Positions 39,202-51,353 of a DNA stretch of 64,000 nt are shown one piece after another. This DNA comes from Myxococcaceae bacterium (GTDB taxonomy: Bacteria; Myxococcota; Myxococcia; Myxococcales; Myxococcaceae): positions 1-64,000 of the forward strand of contig DATJVY010000058.1 in NCBI GenBank assembly GCA_035501615.1, in the 5' to 3' direction. Position numbers and translations under genes: made by a program. Position 1 is the stretch's first letter, and every line of letters begins with the position of its first letter. The notes beneath the pieces are model-generated. The model was not told the origin of the DNA, searched no databases, and saw only the letters and a list, made by a program, of their open reading frames with translations.

Positions 39202-39930
39202 ATGGGCAGCCGTCCCGTGACCCGTACGCTCGCCGCCTGTGCCCTGATCATGTGCGCCGCGTGCGCCACCACGCGCTCAGGTGTGCCTCCGGTTCCCGTC
39301 GCCGAGCCCTCGGTCCAGCCTGACCCGGCGTCCAGTGTCGAGACCCGGTGGCGGGTGGTGGCCACTGCGCGCCGCCTGCTCGGCCAGACCGGAGTGCACT
39401 GGCCCGGGCAGCGCTTCCCCGACGACTGCAGCGGCCTCGTCCTGGGGGTGTACGCCAGCGTCGGAGTCTCACTCACCGGCGCCGCACGCCCCGGCGACAA
39501 CGGCGTCACCGCAGTGTGGCGCTGGACGTCGTCGCGAGGACGACTCTTCCGTACCGGGCAGCCCGACCCCGGGGACCTGGTCTTCTTCCACGACACCTAC
39601 GACCGCGACCACGACGGCAGGCTCGACGACGGGCTCACCCACGTCGCGCTGGTGGAGAGCGTCGACGCGGACGGGACGGTCTCGATCATCCACCGGGTCA
39701 GCCGCGGAGTGATGCGCTACCGGATGAACCTGGCCCGCCCGGCTCTCCGCACCGAACCGGGGTCGGGGCGGGTGCTCAACGACTGGCTGCGCGGCTCGTC
39801 GGGGAGCGGCCGGCCAGTGCTCACCGGACAGCTGTTCGCGGTCTACGGCGCGGTGCTCCCGCCGGCGCCGGAGGGCGTGCGCTCCCCGCTCCCGGTCCTC
39901 ACGCCGCAGCCGACGGGCGGCGACATCTAG
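39202..39930 (+). CDS. CHAP/NlpC-P60-like cysteine peptidase lipoprotein
   Basis: Lipobox 'MCAAC'. A Cys ('DCSGLV') and a His ('THVALVE') arranged as a catalytic dyad. Confidence 0.5.
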   Translation: MGSRPVTRTLAACALIMCAACATTRSGVPPVPVAEPSVQPDPASSVETRWRVVATARRLLGQTGVHWPGQRFPDDCSGLVLGVYASVGVSLTGAARPGDNGVTAVWRWTSSRGRLFRTGQPDPGDLVFFHDTYDRDHDGRLDDGLTHVALVESVDADGTVSIIHRVSRGVMRYRMNLARPALRTEPGSGRVLNDWLRGSSGSGRPVLTGQLFAVYGAVLPPAPEGVRSPLPVLTPQPTGGDI

Positions 39931-39999
39931 AGGGTTCCCTCGAACAGGTAGACGGCACCCAGGACCGCCATCCAGTTCGCGTGCTCGCCCCTCCATGTC

Positions 40000-41139
40000 T
40001 CAGGCGCGGGCAGTTCGCTCCCACGCCGCTCCCTGGGAGCTTCGCAGGAAACGCCAGAAGCCGACGGCGATCGCCACGTTCATCGTCACGAAGTAGTAGG
40101 CGACGCCCCCGATGCGGCGCACGACGGAGGGTCCCACCGCGAGGCCCCCCAGCGCGGCCAGCGCGTAGAACCCGAGCTGCAGCACCAGGGTCACCCGGTA
40201 GAAGGGCCTCTCGAGGAGCGCCGCGTTCGCCCCCAGCGCCACCAGCATCAATGCCGGGGCACACCAGCGCAAGATCTTGTGAGACCAGAAGGCGAAGGCC
40301 GGAAACCCACGAAGAGGAGAGAGCAGGCCCGGCACCAGTCCCAGGCTCTGGAAGTTCCCGGCGGCGATGCGGGCCCGCCGGCCGAACTCGCGGCCGTAGT
40401 CCTCGGTCGTCTCCTCGGAGGCGAGCGCCGCGGGCTCGTAGAGCACGCGGTACCCCTGGTCGAGCAGGCGCAGGGGGATGACGAAGTCGTCGACGATGGT
40501 CGACGGCGGGAGCCGGGTGAAGAGCGCCCGGCGAATCGCGTACAGGCCCCCGTTGGCTCCCAGGACCGCGCCCTGCGCCCCCTCGAGCGCCTTCAGCCAC
40601 GACTCGTATCTCCAGTAGGCGCTCTCCTCGTAGCCGGCCCGGGTGGGGTTGTAGAGCTGGAGCCGCCCGCACACCGCTCCCACCTCGGGGTCCTCGAAGT
40701 GGCGCACCAGCGCACGCAGCGCTCCCGGGTCGAGGCGGGTGTTGGCGTCGGAGAGCACCACCACCTCCCCGCGGGCCTCGGGGATGCACCGGTTGAGCAC
40801 GCCGGCCTTCCCTTGCCGCGACGCCGCCGAGAGGCGGACCCGCGGGTCGGGATGGGCCCGGACCAGGGCGTCGGTCCCGTCGGTGCTGCCGTCCGAGCCG
40901 ATGAGCACCTCCAGCCGGTCCGGTGGATAGTCGAGCGCGAGGCTGTTCTGGAGCTTGCTGCCGATGCACCTCACCTCGTCGTGCGCCGCCACGACCAGGG
41001 ACACCCACGGCCACGGCCGCGGGTGGCCTGCATCCCGGCGTCCGGGACGGGCCTGGGCGAGCAGGAGCAACCACAGCGGGTACAGGAAGTAGGTCTGCGC
41101 CAGCAGCACCGCCGCCCCCCAGAACGCCACTGCCGCCAT
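40000..41139 (-). CDS. Family-2 glycosyltransferase, membrane-anchored
   Basis: 'DGSTDGT' and a DxD-type GT-A core, flanked by TM helices. Confidence 0.65.
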   Translation of the reverse strand: MAAVAFWGAAVLLAQTYFLYPLWLLLLAQARPGRRDAGHPRPWPWVSLVVAAHDEVRCIGSKLQNSLALDYPPDRLEVLIGSDGSTDGTDALVRAHPDPRVRLSAASRQGKAGVLNRCIPEARGEVVVLSDANTRLDPGALRALVRHFEDPEVGAVCGRLQLYNPTRAGYEESAYWRYESWLKALEGAQGAVLGANGGLYAIRRALFTRLPPSTIVDDFVIPLRLLDQGYRVLYEPAALASEETTEDYGREFGRRARIAAGNFQSLGLVPGLLSPLRGFPAFAFWSHKILRWCAPALMLVALGANAALLERPFYRVTLVLQLGFYALAALGGLAVGPSVVRRIGGVAYYFVTMNVAIAVGFWRFLRSSQGAAWERTARA

Positions 41140-41239
41140 CGCCGCCTCCGGGCTGGGCGGGCAGCAACGCGCGTGCCGCAGGCGCGTGGCCTTGGGTTTC
41201 GAGTGGATGGAGCGTCGGGTGCGGGGTGGGCTGTAACGG

Positions 41240-43030
41240 TTACTTGCTGCGCTCCTGGTCGATGAGCGCCTGCGCGAGGACGTGCTTCGGGTTCAGCGCC
41301 ACGGCGGCATCGAGCTTGGAGAGGGCCTGGTCGCGCTGGCGGAGCGCGAGGAGCAACCGGCCGGCGAGCACATACGGGCGGATGAACGTCGTGTCCCGGG
41401 CCATCACGTCGTTCATCGACTTCACCGCTTGCTCCAGGCTGTCGGGTGGCGCGCTGCGAGCGCTCAGCACGTACTCGGCGTACGCCACCTCTCCCCAGCC
41501 GTCCTGGCCTCCGAGCTGCCTGTACCGCTCGGCATCGGAGATGGCCCGCTCCGCCCTCCCCGCGACTCCGGCGAACACCGCATCGGCACGCAGGCGCGCG
41601 CGCTCGTCGTCCTCGTTCCCCGGAGGCAGGCGGTTCAGCGCGTCGCGGGCCGCGTTCAGCTTCGACTCGAGCTGGTTGACCGCGTCGATCATCGGATCGG
41701 TCTGCTTGCGGAGCTGGTCGAGCCTGGCCCGCGCGGTGTCGGCCTGGGCCTTCCAGTCGGCGGGAGTCCTCTCCGCCTCGAGGCGGGCGATCTGTGTCTT
41801 CAGCTGCTCGGCGTCCGCGAGCCCCCGCTTGAGCAGCGCGCGCTGGTCGTCCAGCTCCAGGGTCTGCGCCAGCGCCTGCGTCGCCCGTGCGGCGACCCAC
41901 TGGGGGTAGCGCGTCACGAGGGCGTCGAGGACCTTCATCGCGCTGGCGCGGGACTGCGGATCGTCCCGCCGCAGCAGGGCGAAGGCGGCATCGCGGTCGG
42001 CCCGGACGTTGGCCGGCACTCCCGAGCGGCTGCCCACCAGGCTCCAGCCGGCGTACCCCAGCGCACCGAGGAGGACGAGTCCGATCACCCCCCAGACCGC
42101 TCGCTGGTTCCGCCGCTGCAGCTGCTGCGCGAGCGCTCGCTCCGCCGGATCCGGGCGCGGAGGCCGCGTGGGGACCACACCCGGCACCGGAAGCGGTTCC
42201 GGCGCCGCCCCGGGGAGATCGAGCGAGGGCGCGCCGCCGGAGAGGAACTCGTCCTCGGGCATCGGAGGCAGGTCGAGCCCCGCCTGGCCCGGATCTGCCG
42301 CCGCTCCGCCGAAGACCGCGGTGCGCATCGCCGACGACGGTGCCGGCGGTGAGGGGCCACCGGCCGCGGCCCCACCGAAGACCTGGGTCCGCATCGCCGG
42401 GCTGGGCTCGGGCGGCGGCGCGGGGCGCGCTCCCGAGCCGCCGAAGACCTGCGTGCGCGCCACCGCATCGGGAGCCGTCCGGGCGGAGCTCGGCGGCGGA
42501 GGCGGCGACGGCGCACCTCCGAAGACCTGCGTCCGCCCCGCGGGCGAAGGAGCGCCCGGCGGTGGAGAGGGAGGAGCGGGCGGCCCACCGAACACCTGCG
42601 TCCGGTTGGCCCCCGGCGGGGGTGCCGGTGGGGCCACCGGCCGGGCAGGACCGGGGCCCGGCCCGGCGCCGAACACCTGGGTGCGCCCCGCCTCGGCCCC
42701 GGCACCGCCGAAGACCTGCGTCCGCCCCGCGCTCTGCGCGGACGGCGGCGGCGCGGCCGGGGCGCCGGAGCCGAAGACCTGGGTCGAGGGAGCCGGAGGC
42801 GGGCTCTGGCCGTAGGCCTCGGTCCGGATGGGGCCCGCGGTGCGCGCCGAGCTCCCGAAGGGCAGCGTCCCGGACGGGGGTCCTGCCTGGGGAGAGGCGG
42901 CCGGGTCTCCCCCGCGCTGGGCAGTGAAGACCAGCCCGCAGCGCGTGCACTGCACCGGCGCCCCACCCGTCGGGACCAGGCGATCGTCCAGCGCGTATCG
43001 GGTGTGGCAGTTGGGACAGGCGATCTGCAC
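41240..43030 (-). CDS. MJ0042-type zinc-ribbon, then Pro-rich (R/M)TQVFGG repeats, a TM helix and a TPR-like C-terminal domain
   Basis: 'CPNCHTRYALDD...CTRCGLVF' zinc ribbon. Eight or more TQVFGG repeats. One TM segment. Coiled-coil/TPR-like tail. Confidence 0.6.
   Translation of the reverse strand: MQIACPNCHTRYALDDRLVPTGGAPVQCTRCGLVFTAQRGGDPAASPQAGPPSGTLPFGSSARTAGPIRTEAYGQSPPPAPSTQVFGSGAPAAPPPSAQSAGRTQVFGGAGAEAGRTQVFGAGPGPGPARPVAPPAPPPGANRTQVFGGPPAPPSPPPGAPSPAGRTQVFGGAPSPPPPPSSARTAPDAVARTQVFGGSGARPAPPPEPSPAMRTQVFGGAAAGGPSPPAPSSAMRTAVFGGAAADPGQAGLDLPPMPEDEFLSGGAPSLDLPGAAPEPLPVPGVVPTRPPRPDPAERALAQQLQRRNQRAVWGVIGLVLLGALGYAGWSLVGSRSGVPANVRADRDAAFALLRRDDPQSRASAMKVLDALVTRYPQWVAARATQALAQTLELDDQRALLKRGLADAEQLKTQIARLEAERTPADWKAQADTARARLDQLRKQTDPMIDAVNQLESKLNAARDALNRLPPGNEDDERARLRADAVFAGVAGRAERAISDAERYRQLGGQDGWGEVAYAEYVLSARSAPPDSLEQAVKSMNDVMARDTTFIRPYVLAGRLLLALRQRDQALSKLDAAVALNPKHVLAQALIDQERSK
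42313..42733 (-). repeat. In-frame ~60-nt tandem coding repeats encoding ...P(P/A)..(R/M)TQVFGG...
   Basis: Recurring ccgccgaagacctgcgtccgc units. Confidence 0.5.
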
Positions 43031-43063
43031 GGAGGCCGGAGCGAAGCGTTAGCAGGAAAGGTT

Positions 43064-43457
43064 TCAGGGATCGAGTTCGGTGGCCTGCCGCAATGTCCGG
43101 AGACGGGCCGGACCCACCCCCTTGACCGCGTCGACCTCGTCCCAGCTTCGGAAGGGTCGCGCCTGCACCAGCGCACGCGCCGCCAGCGGCCCCACACCCG
43201 GGAGCCTGGCCAGGTCCGCCTCGTCCACCCGGTTGAGCGGCAGTCGTAACCCGAGCGCGGCGCGAACCGGTGCAGGGGGCTCCCGGCCGCCGCCGCAGCG
43301 CGCGTGGGCGGAGGGACCCTCTCCCGTCCAGCGCACGAGACCTCGCGGACAGGCGAGCGCCGGCGCGGAGTCCGGCCAGCGCCCCTGGAGCCACCAGCCG
43401 AGCGCGAGCCCGCCGGCGACCCCGAGCGCAAGCGCGGGGGTGCGAGGCTGCCTCACC
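43064..43457 (-). CDS. comEA: ComEA-like helix-hairpin-helix DNA-binding protein (GTG start overlapping the lysC stop)
   Basis: C-terminal '[17 protein letters not shown]...[12 protein letters not shown]' is a tandem HhH. Confidence 0.45.
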
Positions 43458-44688
43458 GCGCCGGAGCCGCCTCCGGACGGTCCAGCCCGAAGGCGGAGTG
43501 CAGGGCTCGCACGGCGAGCTCGGTGTACTTGGCGTGCACCACGCAGGAGACCTTGATCTCCGAGGTGGAGATCATCTGGATGTTGATGCCTTCCCTGCCC
43601 AGCACGTCGAACATCCGGGCCGCGACGCCGGAGTGGTTCCGCATGCCCACGCCCACGATGGAGATCTTGGCGATCTGATCGTCGCTCTCCACGCCCCGGA
43701 GCCCGAGCTCGGGGACGAGCCGCTCCATCGCCTCGCGGGCCGCCGCGAAGTCCGCCCGCCCCACGGTGAAGCTCAGGTCGGCCCGGCCGTCCTGCTGGGC
43801 AGTCTGGATGATGAGGTCCACCACGATGGCCCGCTCGTCCAGCGCCCCGAAGATCCGCGCCGCCACCCCGGGACGGTCCGGCACCCCCCGCAGCACCAGC
43901 TTGGCCTCGTTCCGGTCGTAGGTGATTCCACTGACCAGCACCTCCTCCATCGCCGCGTCCTCCTCGCACACCAGCGTCCCCGGGTCGTCGCTGAAGGACG
44001 ACTTCACCCACAGCGGGACCCGGTACTTCATCGCGAACTCCACCGAGCGGATCTGCAGCACCTTCGCGCCGAGCGACGCCTCCTCCAGCATCTCCTCGTA
44101 GCTGATGCGGTCCAGCTTGCGCGCCGCGGGGCAGACGTTGGGATCGGCGGTGTAGACCCCGTCGACGTCGGTGTAGATCTCGCAGCGCTCGGCATGGAGC
44201 GCCGCGGCCAGCGCCACGGCCGTGGTGTCCGAGCCTCCACGCCCGAGGGTGGTGACGTTTCCCGCCTCGTCGATGCCCTGGAACCCGGCCACCACCGCCA
44301 CGTCACCACGGGCGAGCGCCGACCGCAGCGGCTCCTCGTCGATGTGCTTGATGCGCGCCTTGCTGAACGTGCTGTCGGTGACGATGCGGCACTGGTGGGC
44401 GAGGAAGCTGGTGGCCCGCCCGCCCGCGGCCTGGATGGCCAGCGAGAGAAGCCCGATGGTCACCTGCTCCCCCGTCGCCACCACCACGTCCTGCTCGCGC
44501 TCGCTGGGCCGCTCGCTGACCGCCTTCACCAGCTCGAGCAACCGGTTGGTCTCCCCGGACATCGCCGAGACCACCACCACCAGGTCGTGGCCCTCCGCCC
44601 GCGCCCGGAGACACCTCCGTGCGACGGACCGGATGCGCTCCGGATCTGCCACCGACGTCCCCCCGTACTTCTGAACCCACAGTGCCAC
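43453..44688 (-). CDS. lysC: Aspartate kinase
   Basis: 'VQKYGGTSV' start (GTG). ACT domains at the C-terminus. Confidence 0.75.
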   Translation of the reverse strand: MALWVQKYGGTSVADPERIRSVARRCLRARAEGHDLVVVVSAMSGETNRLLELVKAVSERPSEREQDVVVATGEQVTIGLLSLAIQAAGGRATSFLAHQCRIVTDSTFSKARIKHIDEEPLRSALARGDVAVVAGFQGIDEAGNVTTLGRGGSDTTAVALAAALHAERCEIYTDVDGVYTADPNVCPAARKLDRISYEEMLEEASLGAKVLQIRSVEFAMKYRVPLWVKSSFSDDPGTLVCEEDAAMEEVLVSGITYDRNEAKLVLRGVPDRPGVAARIFGALDERAIVVDLIIQTAQQDGRADLSFTVGRADFAAAREAMERLVPELGLRGVESDDQIAKISIVGVGMRNHSGVAARMFDVLGREGINIQMISTSEIKVSCVVHAKYTELAVRALHSAFGLDRPEAAPAR

Positions 44689-44831
44689 GGCCCTCGTACC
44701 CCTCCGATGTCCGCTTGCAGAACGCGCGCCGGGCGGCCTCGCCGGCCCCGATCGCCTTCGTGCCCGGGCCTCCCCCGGGAGCGCCGTCACCTTAGACGGA
44801 GAGCGGCGGCTCGGGGTACCTTCCGCCGCCC

Positions 44832-46352
44832 ATGACGGACCGGCGACTGCTCCTCGATGGCGAGACGCTGAGCCTGGAAGAGATCCGCGAGGTCGCGCGG
44901 GGGGGCATCCACGTGGAGCTGGCGCCGGATGCCCTCGCCCGGGTGGAGCGCGCGCGGGCGCTCGTCGACCGGGTCGCCGCCGGCGAGGCTCCGGCCTACG
45001 GCATCAACACCGGCTTTGGCACCCTGGCGGAGGTCCGCATCGACCGGAAGGACCTCCGGACCCTCCAGCGCAACCTCCTCCTCTCCCACTCCGCCGGCGT
45101 TGGGGCGCCCCTTCCCATCCCCGAGGCGCGCGCCCTGCTCCTGCTGCGCTGCAACGTGCTCGCGAAGGGCCACTCCGGCATCCGGCCGCGCACGCTCCAG
45201 CTCGCGCTGGACATGCTGAACCGGGGCGTCATCCCGGTCGTGCCCGAGCGTGGCAGCGTCGGAGCGTCGGGTGACCTCGCCCCCCTGGCCCACCTCGCCC
45301 TGGTGCTCATCGGCGAGGGCGAGGCTTTCGTCGGCGGCGAGCGCCTCCCGGGCCGTGCCGCCCTGGCGCGGGCCGGGCTCGAGCCGGTGGTGCTCGAGGC
45401 CAAGGAAGGCCTGGCCCTGGTGAACGGCACCCAGGCGATGTGTGCCGTGGGCGCTCTCGCGCTCCTCCGCGCGGAGGCGCTCGCCGACGTGGCCGACCTG
45501 GCCGGGGCGATGACCCTGGAGGGCCTCCTGGGGAGCCACAGGCCGTTCATCGAGCCCATCCAGGCCGCGCGGCCCCACCCCGGCCAGATCGCGGTGGCCG
45601 ATCACCTGAGGGCGCTGCTGCGCGACTCGGAGATCGTCGAGAGCCACGCCGACTGCTCCAAGGTGCAGGACCCCTACTCGCTGCGCTGCATGCCCCAGGT
45701 CCACGGGGCCGCACGGGACGGGTTCCGGCACGCCCGGTCGGTGCTCTCCATCGAGGTGAACTCGGCCACCGACAACCCGCTGGTCTTCCCCGATCAGGAC
45801 CTCATCGTCTCGGGGGGGAACTTCCACGGCCAGCCGGTCTCGCTCGCCCTCGACGTCGTGGCCATCGCCTGCACCCAGCTGGCGTCGATCAGCGAGCGCC
45901 GGGTGGAGCAGCTGGTCAACCCTGCGCTCAGTGGGCTCCCGCCCTTCCTCGCGAAGAACTCGGGCCTCAACTCCGGCTTCATGATCGCCCAGGTCACCTC
46001 TGCCGCCCTGGTGGCCGAGTCGCGCGTCCTCAGCCATCCCGCCTCGGTGGACTCCATCCCCTCCTCCGCGGGGCGCGAGGACCACGTCAGCATGGGCATG
46101 ACCGCGGCGCTCAAGGCCCGCCAGGTGGTCGACTTCGCCCGGACCTGCCTCGCCGTCGAGGTCCTGGTCGCCGCCCAGGCGCTCGATCTCCGCCGGCCCC
46201 TGCGTGCCGGACGCGGCGTGGCCGCCGCCCACGCCCGGGTCCGCCAGGTCGTTCCCCCAATGGAGGAGGATCGGGAGATCCACCGCGACATCGAGGCGGT
46301 CTCGGCGCTCATCGACTCCGGAGCGCTCCTGGCCGCGGCCCAGGCCGCATGA
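44832..46352 (+). CDS. hutH: Histidine ammonia-lyase
   Basis: Ala-Ser-Gly triad region '[14 protein letters not shown]'. 506 aa. Confidence 0.8.
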   Translation: MTDRRLLLDGETLSLEEIREVARGGIHVELAPDALARVERARALVDRVAAGEAPAYGINTGFGTLAEVRIDRKDLRTLQRNLLLSHSAGVGAPLPIPEARALLLLRCNVLAKGHSGIRPRTLQLALDMLNRGVIPVVPERGSVGASGDLAPLAHLALVLIGEGEAFVGGERLPGRAALARAGLEPVVLEAKEGLALVNGTQAMCAVGALALLRAEALADVADLAGAMTLEGLLGSHRPFIEPIQAARPHPGQIAVADHLRALLRDSEIVESHADCSKVQDPYSLRCMPQVHGAARDGFRHARSVLSIEVNSATDNPLVFPDQDLIVSGGNFHGQPVSLALDVVAIACTQLASISERRVEQLVNPALSGLPPFLAKNSGLNSGFMIAQVTSAALVAESRVLSHPASVDSIPSSAGREDHVSMGMTAALKARQVVDFARTCLAVEVLVAAQALDLRRPLRAGRGVAAAHARVRQVVPPMEEDREIHRDIEAVSALIDSGALLAAAQAA

Positions 46353-49300
46353 CCGCACCCCCCGAGCGCGACGCGGCGCCGGGCCGGCCCCCCTCCCCCG
46401 CCGAGGGCGAGGTCACCGAGGTCCGGGCCCGCATCGCCGCGCTCGAGCGGGAGGCAAAGGCCCTCGAGCCGGATCCACGGAGCGCGCGCCTGTACCACGA
46501 GCTCGGGCTGCTCTGGGAACGCCCGCTCGGCAACCTCCGCGCCGCCGCCGCCGCCTTCCAGGCCGCCTACCGCATCGCACCGCGTTTCGTCGAGAACCTG
46601 CGCTCGGCCCGGCGCATCTTCGCCGACGTCGGCAACTGGCCCATGGTCCTCCAGCTGCTCGATGCCGAGCTCGCCGCGACCGAGGGCGCCCGGCCGCGCG
46701 CGGCGCTCCTCTTCGAGAAGGCGGAGGTGCTCTCCGACCGGCTGGACCGCTGGGACGAGGCCACCGAGGTGCTCGCCGCGGCGCTGGAGCTCGAGCCCGC
46801 GGACCTCGGCCTCCTGGTGCAGGCCGAGGGCATGCTCGCCGCGCACGGCGACGTCCCAGGGCTGCTCCGGGTGCAGATCCTCCTCGCCCGGGCGCTCCCC
46901 GACGCCCGGCTCGCCGCCCACGCGCTGCAGACCGCCGCCGCCCTGCACCAGCGGCTCGGCCAGCGGGAGGAGGCCCTCGGGCGCTGGCGCGAGGCCTTCG
47001 CGCTCGATCGTAGGGACCCGGTCACGCTCGGCGCGCTCCGCCGGGCGGCGGAGATCGCGGGCGACGACGAGGCGTTGATCGCCGTCCTCGCGGCCGAGGC
47101 CGAGCTGGGCGGAGCGACCTCGGTCCCGGCCTACACCGCCCTCGCGCGGGCGTACGTGCGACAGGAGCGGCCCGAGGACGCGGTCGCCGCGCTGAACGCC
47201 GCCCGGCACCAGAACCCGGGCGACACCGCCGTCCTCACCGCCCTCGCCACGCTCCACGAGTCGCTGGACCGGCCGGAGGAGCTGGCGAACGTCCTGACCT
47301 CCCTGTCCGACTCGGTCCGAGACGAGCGCGAGTGGCTCACCGTCCAGCTCCGGCTGGCCTCGCTCCTCGAGGACACGCTCCACCGCGACACCCAGGCGGT
47401 GCAGCGCTACGAGGCGGTGCTCCAGCGCGTCCCCGGCCACGTGGCGGCGCTGGCCGGGCTGGGAAGGCTCCACGCGAAGACCCAGGACTGGCCCGCCCTG
47501 GTGGCGGTGTACGACGCCGAGCTGGCCGGCGTCGGAGACCCGAGGACCCGGGCGGAGCTCCACTTCCGCTCGGCGGAGATCCTCGACGGGCGCCTGCACC
47601 GGACCGACGACGCGCTGGCCCGCTTCCGCGAGGCGCTCCAGCTCGTGCCCGGCTACCTCCCCGCCCGGCAGGGCCTCGAGCGCGTCCTGCGGCGCGAACA
47701 GCGGTGGACCGAGCTCATCGCCCTCCACGAGGAGGAGCTGCTCTCGATCACCTCGCCCGCGGACGGGGTCGCGGCCCTGGGGCGCATCGCCCAGGAGGCG
47801 GAGGAGCACCTCGGGAACCTCGACCTCGCCGCCGACGCGCTCCGCCGGGCGCTGGACCTGGCCCCGGACCATCTCCAGTCCCTGGTGCACCTGGCCCGAC
47901 TCACCGAGCGGCGCGAGGCCTGGGACGAGCTCGTGCCCCTGCTCGAGCGGCAGGCCGAGCTCTCCTCCGATGCCTCGCAGGCCATCGCGCTCCGGCACCG
48001 GGCCGCGCAGGTCCTCGAGGAGCGGCTGAACGATCCGCTGGCCGCGACCGACGCGCTCGAGCGCCTCCTCCGGAGCGATCCGACCTACCTGCCCGCGCTC
48101 CAGAGCCTCGGGCGGCTCTACGCCCGGGAGGGCCGGTGGAAGGAGCTGGGACAGATGTACCGGCGCGAGGCCGGTCTCGCGGGACCTGCTCGCGCCGTCC
48201 AGCTCTGGGCCCGCATCGCCGAGCTGGAGGAGTCGCGGCTCCTCGACCTCGACGCCGCCCGCGCCGCTTGGGACGAGGTTCTCCGGCGCGATGCGGACCA
48301 CGGCGCCGCGCTGCGTGCGCTCTCGCGCATCCAGCGGGATCAGGGCGACTGGGCCGGCCTGGTGGGCACGCTTCAGCGCATGGCGCAGACCCGGACCGAC
48401 CCGCGGTCCCGCGCCGACGCGCTCTTCGAGGTCGCCACGCTCCAGCTGGACGCCCTCGCCGATCGGAAGGCGGCCAGCGAAACGCTCGACGCCGTGCTCC
48501 GTCTCGCCCCGGACCACGTCCCCGCCCTCCGCGAGCTCGAGGCGCTGGCCGGGCGCGAGGCCGGCGCCGACGCGCTCCAGCCGCTCGAGCGCGCCACCGT
48601 CGCCGGCACCCCGGCGGAGCGGCTCGCGGCGCGGCTCCGGCTGGCCAACGCCCTCCTCGCCGCGGGCCACCTCGACCGTGCCGCCGCGGTCGCCGAGTCG
48701 GCCCTGGAGCTCCAGCCGGACGACCTGGGGGCCCTGCTGCTCCTGGAGCACACCCGCGCCGGGGACCGGGCCCGCCGGGCCGAGGTGCGCCAGCGGCTCG
48801 CGGCCCGCGTCCACGACCCGGCGCTCGCCGCGGCGCTCAAGCTCTCCGCCGAGCTGGAGCATGGGCGGCCCCGCCTCGAGGAGCGCCTCGAGCACCTCCG
48901 CCGGGCCTTCGCGGTCGACCCCGAGGATCCTCGCACCGCGTTCCAGCTGGAGCGGGCGCTGCGCCAGTCGGGCGACGTCGAGGGGCTCCGCGAGCTGTAC
49001 GAGCGTCGCCTGACGGTGACCGAGAGCGCCGAGGGTCGGCTCGAGCTTCATCTCCGCCTCGGACAGCTCGGGGAGGCCGGGACGGATTCGCTTCCCCTCG
49101 CCCTCGCCGCCTATCAGGCCGCGCTGGCGCTGGAGCCCGCGGACCTGGTGGCGCTCCAGGGGATCCGCCGGGTCCGGCTGCGGATGGGTGACTCCGAGGC
49201 CGCCGCGCTGGCGTGGGAGGCGGAGGCGGCTGCCACGCGGAGCCGCGAGGGGGCGGTCGAGGCCTGGCTCGAGGTGGGCCGGCTCTGGATGGACGCGCTC

Positions 49301-51325
49301 AAGCAGCCGGAGCGCGCCATCGACGCCTTCGAGCGGGTGCTGGACCTGGATCCGCTGGAGGTCGAGGCCGCCGAGGCCGTGGAGTCGCTCCTCGCGCGCA
49401 AGGGCGGCGCCGCGGAGCTGGCCTCGCTCAACGAGCGCAGGGGACAGACCCGGCTCGCCTCCGGAGATCGCCCGGGAGCCGCGGAGGAGTTCTTCAAGGC
49501 GGCCCAGGGCTGGCTGGAAGGGGTCGGCGACCGCGGGCGCGCGCTGACAGCGCTCGGCCGGGCGCTCGAGGCCGAGCCCGAGCACGGCGACGCGCTCGAT
49601 CTGAGGGCCGTCCTGGCCACCGAGCAGGGCCGCTGGGCCGAGGCCGCCGAGGCGCTCGAGGGACGGCTCCGGATCGGCGGCGATGCCGAGACCCTGGCCG
49701 GGATCCAGCTCCGCCTCGGCATCCTCTACCAGGAGCACCTCGACCAGCCGGCGCGGGCGGTCGCCGCCTACAACGCCGCGCTCGCCTCGGTCCGGTCCGC
49801 CGAGCCGCTCGATCGCCTCGCCACCCTCCACCGCGCCTCCCGCAACTGGACGGGCGTCGTCGATTGCCTCCAGCAGCTCCGGGTCATGGCCATCACGCCC
49901 GCGGAGAGGGCCCGGGCGGCGCTCCGCCTGGCCGAGGCGCTCGACGAGGGGTTCGACGATGCCGAGCGGGCGCTGTCCGAGGCACGCGAGGCGCTCCCCA
50001 TCCTCTTCGAGGACACCAGCGCTCTCGACCGCATCGTCCCTCTCTTCGAGCGGCGAGGCCGGATGACCCTCCTCCTCCAGCTCCTCGACGAGCGCGCCCA
50101 GCCGCCCTGCCCTCCCGCGGCGGCGGCGCGGATCCGGGTCCGCCTGGCCGAGCTCTACCTCCGGACCCTGGGAGATCTGTCCCGGTCCGTGGCGGCGTGC
50201 CGGACCGCCGTCGAGCTCGACCCCACGAGCGTCGAGGCCCGCGCGGCGCTCGCGGACATGCTGAGCAAGGACCCCGGGTCCGCCGACCTCGCCGTCGACG
50301 CCCACCGCGCCGTCCTCGCGCTCGACCCGGTCCGCCTCCTCAGCCTGGAGACGCTCTTCGAGATCTGGGACTCGCAGCGTCTGCTCGACCGCACCTTCTG
50401 CTGCGCGGCGGCCAGCGCCTTCCTCCTCGCCGGGCCGGCGCGGGCCACCCACCTCCACCTCGACTGGAGGGGCCGGCTGCCCACCGAGCCGCACGCCCGG
50501 GTGGACGGCACCTCGCTGGAGCTGATGCTCCACCCCGATGCGCGGAACCCGCTCAGCGAGGTGCTCCGCGTGGTGGGCGATCACCTCGCCAGGCTCTATC
50601 CACCCGACTTCGAGCCTCTCGGGGTCGACCCCCGCGCGGACCGCCTGCGCGCCGACCATCCCATCTCCCGCGCGGTGGCCCTGGTCGCCGAGGGCTTCGG
50701 TGTCGATCACTTCGACGTCTACCAGGCGCGGCGGGGCCTCATGGTTGCCGAGACCAGCGAGCCCCCCTGCATCTGCGTGGGACAGGACGTCGTCCGGAGG
50801 TTCAACTCCCGCGAGCAGAAGTTCCTCATCGGGAGGGCGGTGTTCGCGCTGCTGCAGCGGACGGCGCTGGCCGGGAAGCTGCCGGAGCCCGATCTCGCCG
50901 ACCTCCTCGGGGACTGCATCCGCGTCGTCGTTCCGGACTTCGAGGCCCTGGGAAGGCGAGACGACGCGCGGATCCGGAACCTGCGCAAGGTCCTGCCACG
51001 GAAGGCGCTGCGAGCGCTGGAGGACCCGGCGCGGGAGCTCGCCGGTGGACCCGTGCCGGACCTGGGGAAGACGCTCCAGGGGCTCTTCGCCTCCGGAAAC
51101 CGCGCCGGGCTGCTGGTGTGCGGCGACCCCGCGGTCGCCCTGACCATGGTGCTCCGGGAGGACCCCGCGTTCACGGCCTCGAAGGCCCCCGAGTCCCAGG
51201 AGAGCATCCTGCGCGCCGTGCGGGAGCGGGCGGACCTCCGGGCACTGGTGACGTTCTCGGTCTCCGAGGAGCTGTTCACCCTGCGGGAGCGCGTCGGACC
51301 GACCCTGCCGGAGCGCGCGATCTAG
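46349..51325 (+). CDS. Giant TPR-repeat protein, about 1658 aa; its start overlaps the hutH stop (ATGA)
   Basis: More than 30 TPR-like repeats. The listed 1961-aa ORF is an upstream read-through. Confidence 0.6.
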   Translation: MTAPPERDAAPGRPPSPAEGEVTEVRARIAALEREAKALEPDPRSARLYHELGLLWERPLGNLRAAAAAFQAAYRIAPRFVENLRSARRIFADVGNWPMVLQLLDAELAATEGARPRAALLFEKAEVLSDRLDRWDEATEVLAAALELEPADLGLLVQAEGMLAAHGDVPGLLRVQILLARALPDARLAAHALQTAAALHQRLGQREEALGRWREAFALDRRDPVTLGALRRAAEIAGDDEALIAVLAAEAELGGATSVPAYTALARAYVRQERPEDAVAALNAARHQNPGDTAVLTALATLHESLDRPEELANVLTSLSDSVRDEREWLTVQLRLASLLEDTLHRDTQAVQRYEAVLQRVPGHVAALAGLGRLHAKTQDWPALVAVYDAELAGVGDPRTRAELHFRSAEILDGRLHRTDDALARFREALQLVPGYLPARQGLERVLRREQRWTELIALHEEELLSITSPADGVAALGRIAQEAEEHLGNLDLAADALRRALDLAPDHLQSLVHLARLTERREAWDELVPLLERQAELSSDASQAIALRHRAAQVLEERLNDPLAATDALERLLRSDPTYLPALQSLGRLYAREGRWKELGQMYRREAGLAGPARAVQLWARIAELEESRLLDLDAARAAWDEVLRRDADHGAALRALSRIQRDQGDWAGLVGTLQRMAQTRTDPRSRADALFEVATLQLDALADRKAASETLDAVLRLAPDHVPALRELEALAGREAGADALQPLERATVAGTPAERLAARLRLANALLAAGHLDRAAAVAESALELQPDDLGALLLLEHTRAGDRARRAEVRQRLAARVHDPALAAALKLSAELEHGRPRLEERLEHLRRAFAVDPEDPRTAFQLERALRQSGDVEGLRELYERRLTVTESAEGRLELHLRLGQLGEAGTDSLPLALAAYQAALALEPADLVALQGIRRVRLRMGDSEAAALAWEAEAAATRSREGAVEAWLEVGRLWMDALKQPERAIDAFERVLDLDPLEVEAAEAVESLLARKGGAAELASLNERRGQTRLASGDRPGAAEEFFKAAQGWLEGVGDRGRALTALGRALEAEPEHGDALDLRAVLATEQGRWAEAAEALEGRLRIGGDAETLAGIQLRLGILYQEHLDQPARAVAAYNAALASVRSAEPLDRLATLHRASRNWTGVVDCLQQLRVMAITPAERARAALRLAEALDEGFDDAERALSEAREALPILFEDTSALDRIVPLFERRGRMTLLLQLLDERAQPPCPPAAAARIRVRLAELYLRTLGDLSRSVAACRTAVELDPTSVEARAALADMLSKDPGSADLAVDAHRAVLALDPVRLLSLETLFEIWDSQRLLDRTFCCAAASAFLLAGPARATHLHLDWRGRLPTEPHARVDGTSLELMLHPDARNPLSEVLRVVGDHLARLYPPDFEPLGVDPRADRLRADHPISRAVALVAEGFGVDHFDVYQARRGLMVAETSEPPCICVGQDVVRRFNSREQKFLIGRAVFALLQRTALAGKLPEPDLADLLGDCIRVVVPDFEALGRRDDARIRNLRKVLPRKALRALEDPARELAGGPVPDLGKTLQGLFASGNRAGLLVCGDPAVALTMVLREDPAFTASKAPESQESILRAVRERADLRALVTFSVSEELFTLRERVGPTLPERAI

Positions 51326-51353
51326 AAGGCTGCGAGGCGAGGACGGTGCACGA

